DNA of 55,625 bases, the filler included, from Platydemus manokwari (Eukaryota), in the NCBI GenBank assembly GCA_037951405.1. It is 5 parts of 5 records of this genome, joined end to end, with 100 filler letters (N's around TTAATTAATTAA, not from the genome) between each part and the next. Parts side by side here need not be neighbours in the genome. Positions count along the whole stretch, not along the records: positions 36,038 to 45,503 come from JBBMOY011245541.1; positions 45,604 to 55,625 come from JBBMOY011178434.1; 3 more parts are not named here. One strand, given 5' to 3'. The notes beneath the pieces are model-generated. The model made no database searches. It saw only the letters and a program-made list of their open reading frames with translations, and had not been told where the DNA came from. The translations under genes and the position numbers were made by a program. Positions 37,661 through 49,156 of this stretch are shown here, in pieces. Positions within the stretch are counted from its first letter, which is position 1, and the number at the start of each line of letters is the position of its first letter.

Positions 37661-38719
37661 TAAATTCTACTCATAAATATGATAAACATGCAATTTTAAA
37701 TATTTTCTATTTATCATGATGAAATTTATAATTTTAAAACACCAAATAATAATGAAAATTTTCAAATGAAAATGTATTAATTTCATATTTTTTCTAATTA
37801 AGAGAAAGTATCAAAGTTTCGCTTATATTATATTAATAATTATACATTAGTATAAAAATTAATGAATTTTTTCAATAACAATATTAAATTAAAAAATTAA
37901 TTCAATAAATTTAAACTGACTGTAATTTATTGTGTAATACAACCATATTTGTGAAGGTTTTATATAAAAAATGTTGTCAAATAAGTTTACTAATCATTCA
38001 TTTTATTAAAAAAGGTTGATTCTCAAAATTTGAACCAAAATTGTTTATTAATAATATTATTGATATGAATACAATAATATAAGTTTTTCTTAAAATATTT
38101 GTAGTATTTTTAGCAGTAAAATGTAAAACTCGGTTTTTATAAAGTACTTTTATTAGTTTTTTAACAGTGTTTCGATATACACAACAAAAATTTATTTCCG
38201 CTTTCGAATATTTAACTTTGAATCTTATATAAAGTTTATCCCAAATCTTTTATGTTAATTCGAAATACATCAAATGCTCATATTCCCATTATATGGTACT
38301 TTTAATTTTGTTATTGATCAGTTTAGTTGCGATAATTGTTATGGTTTTAATCCTATCATTCTCTTCGTTAATTACTCTACTACTTAATTGATAGTTATTA
38401 ATCTGATAATTACCATGTATACTTATCTCATAAATCAATACCTTTATTTAAATTCAACTATTGACATTTTGACATTCTATAGAAGTTTACAATAATTAAA
38501 AAGTTGAATGAAAAGTTGTATTTTTAACTTGTTGAGTTTGTGTTGTTTAAACGTGTTGTGCAAATTCAATAGCGTGATTTCTTGATTGATTTATCCAAAC
38601 TTTAATTAGGGATTGTGTATTTATTTTGATTTCATTTCAAAATATCTATACCGGTGGTTTTATGACAAAACAACTAAATGAAAGTAAACGGTGTGGCGTT
38701 GTGTACCCATTTTATGACA

Positions 38720-39200
38720 ATTGTATTTTTATGCATGACAATACGTATTATACGTGTATTAATTTTTATTTAAACAGTGTTTACTTTTCATGACTTGTTA
38801 ATTCTTGGAACACTTTAGTAAAATCAGTTTGAAATGATATTTATAAAAGAATACATTGAATATTTATAATAATTATTATCCATAAATATTTAAAATAATA
38901 ATACTAGAAAAAGACCTCATTAAAGGAAAACCCATTAAAATGATTTTATTCATAAAATAACACCCCGTAATATACTATCGCGCAATATTATTCTCAAATA
39001 AATTGCCACCTATTATCTCCAACAATAAATACAAGGAGTAAATTAAATATTTATCCGATTATATATAATCAAAGGGAATTGCTTTGTGTATGATAAATTA
39101 AATCAGATAGAATTTCTCTCTGCGATAAATAAACTCTAGCAAAAAAACAATAAATGCATGGCATTACATTTTCTCGTAGAAAATATCTATGAGACGGTGC
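38720..39200 (+). repeat. Interspersed repeat (~450 bp), copy 1; copy 2 at ~53020-53460 on another contig
   Basis: Colinear motifs TTTTATGCATGACAATACGT, AAATCAGTTTGAAATGA, ATAATAATTATTATCCATAAA, CCCATTAAAATGA, AATTGCCACCTATTATC. Confidence 0.85.
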
Positions 39201-39835
39201 TTCTATCAAGAACTTGGATGTAGATCTGAATGTGGCAATAGAATTTGTCCTAAACAAAATCGTCTACAGTGAACTTTTGATAGTGGTTTCCAAATAAGGT
39301 AACTGTGAGTATTGGGGACTATTTATATGTTTTAAGGGTTGTATGATTTTAATATTTATTGCCTTTAATTATAAGTGCTTTGCTGTTTGACATTATGTTT
39401 AAATCGATGTATTTCGTGTATAGGAATTTCGTGTAATAATTAGTATTTCCTGTATCAACAAGTTCATTATTCAATATATTGCGTGTATAAAAATTTTGTC
39501 TTTCTTTTTAATTTCACTTGCAATTACTTTGAGGTTAATATAGGACATGATTTTTATCACAGTGCGGGTTTTATTATATTGACAATATTTATCTGGGAAA
39601 TAGAATAAGAGCCGAATTGCTTTCAATGTGGGTTGAATATTTAAGTGTTGGTTAATTTATTTTCGAGTTGTTTATTCAAGATGATTTTAGTAATGATAAT
39701 TCCGATGTTTATTTTAAAAGATACAAAATTATCATTTAAAATCGCGATAAATAAATTAAATTTATAAAATATTAAAAGATATAAATAACAAAATAATTTG
39801 TAAATGATTTATTAATTACAATAATATAACTTTAC

Positions 39836-39918
39836 CTCCAAAAGCAGTCTAACACAAATTCCAACAGAAACATAACACTGGCAACTAACATACTGGCAAT
39901 TGACCATCTCGGTCTCAT
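39836..39918 (-). other. Candidate exon encoding a hydrophobic peptide MRPRWSIASMLVASVMFLLEFVLDCFW followed by an AG|GTAAAG donor
   Basis: ATG at 39918, 27 open codons, strong donor; 2.2 kb upstream of SSDP on the same strand. Confidence 0.4.
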
Positions 39919-40614
39919 TATTTATAATCGTGTTTTGTGTGTTTCGCTTTTAATTGATTGTTTTGTTTATTGCATTTTCGTTGGATCCGACGACCATAAG
40001 ATGTAGGGAGTAAATATTTAAATATTTAAAAAATATTTGAATCGATATTGAGCGATAACCACACTCAACATTAAATGATCTCGACAGAATTTACATAAAT
40101 AAAGATTCAGATTTTTTCATAAAATAAATAAGTCAATTATCAATGTTGTTTTGCAGAATCCCATAAATTATTTGCATTCAAAAATTTATAATGCGTCTAA
40201 ATGAGGTTTAAGTTAAGAAAGGGGTCCTTTGACCTACTTTTGTAATAATTAATTTTATATATAATTGCGAGGTTTAATTTATTCATTTAACTCAGTTAAT
40301 AGGTCACATTTTAGAATGTCTAATAGTGTCAAAATATAGTTTTAAAATCAAGTTTTTATTCTAATCTCAACACTTCAATATGATTATTTAAGTTTTTGAA
40401 TCTAAATTTTTTTTATTAATCGAATTAGTTAACTACAGTCATGTTTAATAGTATCATTGGTTATTTTTATAAAATAATTGTAAAAATTGAAAGTATCTCT
40501 CGATCTCTTTTAATCTTAAAAATGGAACTCATTAATTTTCAATAAATTTCAGTTTGAACTACTTTGATCTCCCTTACAAATAATCAAATATCAAGAGATT
40601 TTGAAACTCTAGTG

Positions 40615-40760
40615 TATTTAATATTTGATTTCCAACTACTTAAATTCTTCTCAATTACATAAATCAAAAATTCAAAAATGTTTCTAAAGAATATAATTAA
40701 ATAAACTATATAGGTTTTTGCAAGGCGCTCAACAAGTTGAAAATTTTGGCTTATGTTAAG
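40615..40760 (+). repeat. Locally clustered diverged repeat family (related copies at ~41600-41745 and ~43800-43885)
   Basis: Shared GATTTCCAACTACT.AAATT...AAAATT.AAAAA...CTATATAG.TTTTTGC pattern; probably a non-autonomous DNA element. Confidence 0.55.
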
Positions 40761-43700
40761 AAAAAGGCTCCTTTGACCCAATTTTAAAGTAATGACTTTT
40801 CGTGAGTTATTTGATATTAGAAATTATTTGTAATAATATTTTATTAAAAATTTTTACATAAAATTCAGTTTTAGATTAAAAACCAAAAATCAATTCTAAC
40901 AATCAAAAACCATGTATTCGATCCCCGCTACTATATTTGACACTTTCAAAACATTCCTCCACAATTTCTACGACAATATTTAGACCTTCAATTATGTTTC
41001 TATGCCAAAATATTTCTTCATTGGCGAGGAATCTACAAATTTTGTTGTACCTCAATAAATAATTTTAAATTGTTGGTTTTATTTTAATAAAAATTGTCAA
41101 TTTTTGTTGATTGTTTGTTTACTAATGGATTTGTAAATATAATATATTTTTAAATATAATTTTTTTGTGTGAGCCCTGTGCACCAAAAATACTTTATTCA
41201 GAATGTCGAAAAGGGACAAGGCCGAATTGTTGAACCAAGTCCCTATTTGAATTCCGAAACTTATATATTTGTGGCACCTTCACCTGTACGATTTATTTGA
41301 TTTGGATCAAATCTTCATATCATTACAACATCGACAGGTTTAGGATCTATGTATCCAATCTATTAAATAGATATTGAAATACTTATTTTAAGAGAAAACA
41401 AAAGTACCGTGTTCCTAGCACTTCTCAATAATTTAGAAGTCACTTTTTTTTTATAAAATAATTCTAAAAATCTTAGATATCATTCCAATTGCTTCTAATG
41501 TTAAAAGAAGGGGTCTTCGCTAATTTTCAATTAATTATATTTTGACCTATTTGACCCGTTTTACCAATAATTAATTTTTAGGAGATTTTAAAAATCCTGT
41601 GCATGTATTATTTGATTCTAAATAACTAAGATTTTACTCAAGTACTTAAATAAAAAATTCAAAAAGTTATTAAAAAATTTAATTACATAATCTATATAGA
41701 TTTTTGCTATGCACTCCACAATTGTAAAATTTTATTTTAAGACCATATTTTTTAACTTTAGCCTTATCATTGAGTAATTTATGTTTACCAACAATAATAA
41801 TTATTATAATAATCATAATAATTAGTTGATAAACTAGGGGGGATAAAACCAATAATTAATTCCCCTAACAACAAATATCGACCCGTTTAAAATATAAAAG
41901 TTTACCTTTTAAAATAGAAAAATGTTCGACATTTATTATCCCAACAACAAAATAGCCTATTCACAAAATATCTGATGAAATAAAATAATTACCCGCATTG
42001 TAACTGGATCGGCAACAAAATAGCTCTGCAATAAATACTCCCATGAATAAAAGCCTTTTGTTAAAAATATCAATGGCGAGTTTTTATCAATAACAACCCA
42101 CGTAGTGGAAATGATAACCTGAGTGAACTAAGAAATTCCGTTATAATAAAATAATGCAGCAGTATTTAAATGGAAATTAGCCCCTAAGAAGTAACCTTAT
42201 ATTTATCTAGCAAAAGCTAGGAACCGAAACTGTCTGCTACGATACAAGGTCCCTTAATTTGACGAGTTATTCAAAGCTCGTAAATCGAAATTGATAAGCA
42301 GTGAAGCCAACCACTTTCCACAAGCATCTTCGACAATTATATACCCAGTTTTTTACTGGAAGATCAATTTGATATTGACATTGTTCTGCAAAATTGTGCA
42401 ATTAAACGCCGATAAAAAAAACTGTAAGCATTAGAATATTTGTAAAATCACTTACATTTTATTAAAACACATATTCTTCTTATTTATCTGGTTTATTCAA
42501 AAGTTCATGAACGAATTGATTTTATTCTTCTTGATAGTTTATCAACCATTAGATTTTCCAGAATTTGTAGCCAAAACTCTTATCGTTTACGTGTATAAAA
42601 TTAGTCGTTAATTTGTATTAAGTATATGATTGTATTGATTTTTTATATCAATAAAAATGTATTTGAAACAGAAAGTCCTTTAATATTGAACTTGGCCAGT
42701 GCCATAAGGCATCATTTCATTTGCAATAAAATTGTGGCTTTCAGTATCAATTCACTACCTTTTAGTAAGGTCAATACTCCTCAGAAAAGTCAACAATTAA
42801 GTTAATGCACGATTTTGATTTGATTTGAATTTGTCTTGGTCAAAACCAAAACAAATTGATGAAGCAGGGCAAATAGTTAACATTCCCATGTTGATAAAGG
42901 AGGCTTGGAAAGCAGCAGTCAGAATTAAAATGAAAATGATTTATTCGGCATTAACAATCCTTAGTTAAATATAAAGTAAATCGAATGTTAATTTTATCTC
43001 TATATTGTTAGTGTTTCCCATAGAATTGTCAGACTAAGAAATTTGGACTAGAAATAAGAGCACAATCATGACACTGGCAAATTTTATATCATAATAATTT
43101 TTTTCAAATCTTAGATTTTATTTTTGGTATATTTAGACATTTATAGCGCTTGATTTATTCGACACGTTCATTTGACAGCACATTTTTAGGATGCTATATA
43201 GGGACATAAAAGAATTGATAAACTAAGTTCCCATTTTAGGTACAACATTTCTGATATTTATACTATTGCCATCTATGTGATTCTTTAATTTTGTAATCTC
43301 ATTTTTTTGAAATTATGAAAGATTCCTGACATGTTTAATAGGATTTGTTATATTTTAACGATTTATAACCAATTATTTAAATTATTATTACTCTAACACT
43401 TTTTTGTCAAAAAAAATCTAGGGTTCTAAATATTTACTCCAAAATATCAATTTGAACCTAAATTTGTCAATATTCTTCCTTTGCCTCGATCGTTATGCTC
43501 TTAAATGATGATAGGAAGAACGGTAAGACAAGGTTTTTACTTTAATTTTATGCTCCACATGTCGAACTAAATTAAATCAAGAAATCGTAAATGTTAATCA
43601 TGGAACGATGCAATCTCTGTTTCGAGCAAGATGGTGAACATTTTGAACAATTGCTATGAAATTTCTTATTATTTACCGTTATTTGTTCTCATTATTATTG

Positions 43701-44215
43701 TTTTGTTGTGCATTAAAATAATTCAATACATTTAGTTTGTTTTTACTGTTGTTTTATTTTAGTTTTAGAGACGGAGACTTATGAATGGCACGGTATAATC
43801 AATTTTAGATTTCCAACTACTCAAATTTTATTCAGACGAAATCCAAAATTGAAAAAGTTTTCAACAAATATAATTTAAAAACTGGATGTTCTTTAGAATA
43901 CATAACCAGTACAAATTTTATTTTTATAGTCTCATTTCTAAAGTTTACATATAAATGTTTTAAAAAAATCATCAAAATGCTTTAAATGTGAACTATATAG
44001 AAATATCGACCAATACAATTGAAACACAATGGAAAAATATAAATTACTTCTCAATAATGAAATCGGTCAAACAGACAAAAGAAACGGTGCAATCATATAA
44101 TTAATAATGGAACAAAAACCAAAAATAATAAGATCTGTAACATAAAAGATGACATGAGAATACATTTTGATTATATTAAAACAAATACATTACAGACAAT
44201 AATCAATATAAAAAA

Positions 44216-44723
44216 TCAATCCTTCGGGAAATTTCTAAAACCACATTTTTTTAATTCTTCAATAATATCAAAAGAAAGATAAACATTGGAAGATAGTTTG
44301 TAAGTAGTCAACTGCTTTCGTGAGAGTTCCAGTTTTTCAATACAAGCAGATTCCAAGTGTACTATTGATTTTCCGGGTTCCTGGCTTTCTATTTTTAATG
44401 CGTATTTGCCTTGGGCAATAATTTTTTTGCACGCCCAACAAGTGTTTCTATCATTGTCCATACAGATGACTTTGAATGATTTTGGTTTCCTTTTGAATCG
44501 AGGAGCTTTATTTCCTAAAAATGAATGTGTAACGGATTTATTTTTAGATACCACACATCCAACCATATACTTCTTTATTCCTTTTCGGTGCGGAAACGTA
44601 ATCACTGAATTGAAACTAAAACAAAAATCAATTACTCGACAAGTCCAATTTTAATAAAGGTTCAATCGATGTTTGTACATCCAGGTAAAACGTTTCGATT
44701 AATTCAACTAAAATCTCAATCAT
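44216..44723 (-). CDS. Uncharacterised protein with a divergent PARP-type (CCHC) zinc finger
   Basis: The 129-codon open frame contains FKVICMDNDRNTCWACKKIIAQGKYALKIESQEPGKSIVHLESAC. A model with exons 44723-44636 and 44604-44216 (31-nt GTAATT...TTCAG intron) gives 158 aa; the 5' structure is tentative. Confidence 0.6.
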
Positions 44724-45434
44724 AAATCGGACATCATAATTATAAAAGGGAACAAAAAAATATAGATGACAATCAAAATATGTATATGCATATTTGTATA
44801 AACAAATTCCAAGAATTGAGTTATAAAGGTCAAAATTTATTTTAATATCAACTAATCAATGATTTAATTGGTTTCATAATGTTTGATTTAATATAACAAT
44901 GATAAATCAGTCCAATTTATCAAAACAATAATTATAGATTATTGCACCATCAAATAAAAAATAACTTGGTATTGTTTATGGAAAAATTAACCAATAGATT
45001 ATATGCGAATATATACATTGAATATATTACACAACATCATATTATGCATATTTAACAATACTTCATTTATAATTGGCTTGAAATATTTACTATAATATTT
45101 AATATTTCAATTCTCATACTGATTTCATTGTAAGCTGAATATTTTAGTGATTGAAAGTGTATGTTTCTACTCAGATATTTGTATTGAGTTCAATATAAAT
45201 TTATAAATTTTAAACAAAACATTTTAAAAATGTATGAATTAATTTATTACGCGTTAGGTCAGTTTATTCTTATTGATCAACCATTGGTTCTTTTTCGATT
45301 TTCATTTGGTGTTTGTGTTGCAAAAATCTTAATGACATTGATATTTATTTTTTTAATCACTAATTACAAAATTATTTATTGGTAATTACAATTTTTTTAC
45401 CATTATTACAATCATGCGCCATTAGGTGCATATA

Positions 45435-45503
45435 TTAGGCTGAGTCAAAAGTTATTCATGTTTTTTAGTTGTTTAAAGTTTTTGTTTTACCAAATCATTT
45501 AAA
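45435..45503 (+). mobile_element. Mariner-like terminal inverted repeat, element truncated by the contig end
   Basis: TA + TTAGGCTGAGTCAAAAGTTATTCATGTTTTT; shares a downstream TTTTACCAAAT with the 24227 copy. Confidence 0.55.
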
Positions 45504-45603
45504 NNNNNNNNNNNNNNNNNNNNNNNNNNNNNNNNNNNNNNNNNNNNTTAATTAATTAANNNNNNNNNNNNNNNNNNNNNNNNNNNNNNNNNNNNNNNNN
45601 NNN
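45504..45603. other. Artificial contig spacer
   Basis: 44N-TTAATTAATTAA-44N. Confidence 0.97.
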
Positions 45604-45707
45604 AATAAATTTAATTTATATAGAATTTTAGAAATGTGTTTAAGTGAGCTAATAATATATAGAAATTCCAAAATTAATTCTTTGGAATTTTGGCTGAAAG
45701 TCGAAAT

Positions 45708-46941
45708 TACTATACCGCAAAATGAAAGCTAAAAGTGGTTAAATTTACTAAAATCATTGGGAATAGAGCTGCAGAACGTGAATTTTGGCCAATATGATCA
45801 GAACATGACAAAAACAAGAAGATAATTTGTAGAATATGTCTAAAAAGAATCAAAATTTGCCAAAACATGGTGCAAAGTGACTAAACTTCGAAGAGGAATT
45901 GAAAATCTGGATTTTTGAGCACTGTCAGAGAGTCTTTGTAGTCTCAACCAAAATGGTCATACAGGAGGCTAAGAAAATTGCACAAGCTCAAAATATCACT
46001 GATTTTAAAGAAATTCTTGTTTGGTGCTAAAGATTTTGAAAACGTTAGGGTTTGGAAATAAGAACAAGAACAAAGTTAGCCCAATGAATGCCTGAACTCT
46101 ATGAAGAAAAAGTTCTATTTTACCACATATTTGTCATTAATGTCCGGTTTAGCTATGAAAAGGCTATAAGGATGAATCGCCTCTGAATTTGAACTGTCCT
46201 GACAATCACATAATTGATGAGAAAAGAGCCAAGACAATTGCAATTTGTAAAACAAGTCATGAAAAAGTAATTTTACTTGTGTTTTTACCTGTATTCCGAT
46301 GGCACGAAATTCCCTCCACTATTATTCTTCAAACCTAAAACACTGTCTAAAGTCAAAATCACCCAAGATTATTGATTCATGTTCATTTAAAAGGATAGTA
46401 GACCAGCAAGGCATGTACTTGTGGTTTGATAAGGTATGGTCTAGACGTCCTAAAGGCCTGTTGAATAAGAAATCTCTTTTGGTTTTTTATCAGTTTAGAG
46501 AGCATTTGACAGAAGGCTAAAGAACTGAGAACCCAGTTAGCAGTCATTCCAGGTGGCCTCACAAGACAATTGCAACCTCTTGATGTCAATATCAATAAAA
46601 TTTTTAAGGCAAACATGAACGAAGATTGGACCAAACGGATGAATGAATCTGATTTCAACTTAACTCCATCAGGCTCGTTGAAGAAGCCAACAATCTCACA
46701 AGTCTGCCAAATGTAGAAATCTTCATGGGATGCCATCAAGAAAGATGTTATCATCAAATAATTTTAGAAAACAGGCATTAATAATGCCTTTGATGGATCT
46801 GAAGATGATGCTACTTTTGTCCAAAGTGATTTGTTTGATACCAATGATGAGGAAATTAAAGAATTAGCTACAAAACTGGTTAATCAACATATGGAAACAA
46901 AAGATATGTTAAAGAGTGAAGAAGAATTTCATGGTTTATAA
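45708..46941 (+). mobile_element. Pogo/Tigger-family DDE transposase pseudogene (N-terminal Brinker-type HTH, DDE_1 domain) with many stops and frameshifts
   Basis: YTAK*KLKVVKFTKIIGNRAAEREF at the N-terminus; LAVIPGGLTRQLQPLDVNINKIFK, LTPSGSLKKPTISQVC..SWDAI and GINNAFDGSEDD; acidic tail ending EEFHGL*. Confidence 0.92.
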
Positions 46942-47269
46942 GACGAATAAAGTAATTTAGGTTTTTCTAAATTTTTTAATCATTATTTAAATAATCATTA
47001 TTTCAAAATTAATTTGAAAATTATTTTAAATTATTTTGAAATTTTAAAATTATTAACATTTAATTAAAATTAATGCTCACAGTCTTAATACACGTGATTT
47101 AGGGAAATTATAATTTATTGATCAATTTGTAATTTTGTTTAATATTTTTCAATAGAGGGTTTTTCATTTAAACGTCCTGACTTCTGATTTATTGAATCAT
47201 TATTTTTGATAAATAGAATTACATAATAAACAGTTGTTACACAATATCAATAGACTGAATTTTATATAG

Positions 47270-48160
47270 CTTTTACGGGTATTCAAAATAGTTATTATTG
47301 AGCTTAATATTATAAACAGAATTATAAACATTCGTCGACATTAAATCAATTTCATTTTCATTTCTTTCATAGAATTTTAAAGGCATTTTAAGAAATGATT
47401 TTTAACAATTCAAATAATTTTTCTTCAATTTTTTCATTGAGAATTTGTTTATCACTTACATGCCTCTTTATAATTTGGTTTGAAATTAATTCCTTCACCT
47501 TTTATCTGTTATAAAATGGTAATTATTCGTATCAAGTATCTTTTATTAGATCATAAAAGCTCTACCTTCTTAAGTATTTAAATAGATTCTAAATCCTTTG
47601 GCACAGTGTTTTCTTGTTTTCGTTCTTTAGATTCTTATTTTATTTTATCATTTTTTAAGTTGGTTTTAACTAGCTCCGTAATTACTTTCTTATCTTGTTT
47701 TGCTTGATTATCTGTATTTGCAATTCCTCCAGCTTCTCCTCCAGCTTCTCCTTAACCTATCATTATTACTGGTAAAACACCATTCTATTTTTTTTATAAT
47801 CGTTTACATCAATATTATGCTATAGTGTATTTATAATATTTTTATTTATATAAATTTATTCTTCATTATAATTAAATGATTTTTGATTTTTTGTTCAGAA
47901 TTACTTGTTTTAAGAAATGTTAATCGTTACTAATTTTTTAAAAAATAAAATGTATTCAACCATGTATACAGCACATTTTTCCCCATTAATTGATATTTCA
48001 AAAGCTTTTTCTTCTAATACATTCTAAATCAGAATCTTTTTTAATTTCTACATTTACATTCCACCATGTATTATTAAGTTTTATCTTCATAGCTAAAATA
48101 AAAATAAGATATTGAGTATAACTTTTGAAAATCTAGGATATTCAGTTGTGGTTTTATCCT
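47270..48160 (-). mobile_element. Degenerate Polinton/Maverick fragment (PLA2-associated/core-protein ORF followed by penton-like ORF start)
   Basis: Minus-strand motifs in order: LEEKAFEISINGEKCAVYMV (~47960-48020), GVLPVIMIG*GEAGGEAGGIANTDNQAKQDKK (~47690-47785), GEGINFKP (~47480-47500), EIDLMSTNVYNSVYNIKLNNNYFEY (~47280-47355). Matched from memory of Polinton proteins, not by search. Confidence 0.6.
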
Positions 48161-48452
48161 AAACTGTTTATATAAATTGACATGCTAAATTGGATTCTAT
48201 TAAGTTATTTATATTTTTTGGTTATATATATCAATGCACAAAATAAGTCAAAAATAAGTTCTGTGTAAAAGCGGATCGAGCCCTCTCACTAAATTTCAAA
48301 AACTGGTCAAGAATTTACTCGGGATCTTAAGATTACATTCTACGATACTAATAATTTTAACGATTTTCACAATAATTATTATTATCGCTCTTCATTCTAA
48401 TACGAATTATTATACCTGTATTCGGAACTATTTTTACGATTACTCTTTAAAA

Positions 48453-48518
48453 ATATTAAACATATAATATTAAACATATATTATAATATAATTATATAAT
48501 TATATATTAAACATATAA
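48453..48518. repeat. AT-rich minisatellite with ATATTAAACATATA units
   Basis: The unit occurs three times with low-complexity spacer. Confidence 0.7.
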
Positions 48519-49137
48519 TTTTCTTTTAATGTGTTATATCGATAATCACCCGAAATTCCCCTGTTAATTTCAGTTTTATTTCTGAAATTCTTTAGTTAAA
48601 TTTCCTTGTCGTAAATCAATTAGCTTATTCGTTTTCTCTAGTTCAAGGCATCAATAAGGCTATCTTATATGATCATGAATTTCTCCTAATAACAAGAAAC
48701 TCACAGTTGCGAAAGATAAAAAGTTGGATTAATATTTTAAAATCTTTATTTACTAGATCGATTCGTTAAATTAGAATTGACTAATCCCGTCCATGAACGG
48801 CGTGAGCTAAATGCTTATTTGTTGGGATAAATAAATCGAATGTTAATCGGATTAATAATTTAAATAAATTTATTGTTTTTAATTGTAATTGTAATTTGTA
48901 GAACCATTTTGTAATTTGATTGATTTCAATAGTGGAATATTCTTTCAAAAGACTTTGTTTTGATTTATCATTCCATAAAAAGAGTTTATGTAATAGATAG
49001 TTGGTATTGTAAGTTTGTATAATAAATATCTGTTATTTAATAGACCGATAGTCGAGAGGGTTAGTTTGATTTCACATTTGATTTGCCTCGGCGAACTCGC
49101 TTGGTGGGAAGACTCTATAAGCCAGAAACCTAACAAC

Positions 49138-49156
49138 TATATATATATATATATAT
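49138..49156. repeat. (TA)n microsatellite
   Basis: Direct reading. Confidence 0.85.

Noticed and set aside
15108-42590. Alternative genetic code (TAA/TAG = Gln) suggested by stop-interrupted frames
   Set aside because: The conserved genes here have no internal TAA/TAG, use CAA/CAG for Gln, and CEP83 and SAP30BP end at TAA; AT-biased decay explains the stops
46383-46757. 124-aa minus-strand ORF
   Set aside because: Antisense to the pogo DDE domain
48820-49135. Possible solo LTR TGTTGGG...CCTAACA
   Set aside because: Imperfect termini, no TSD and no second copy in the window
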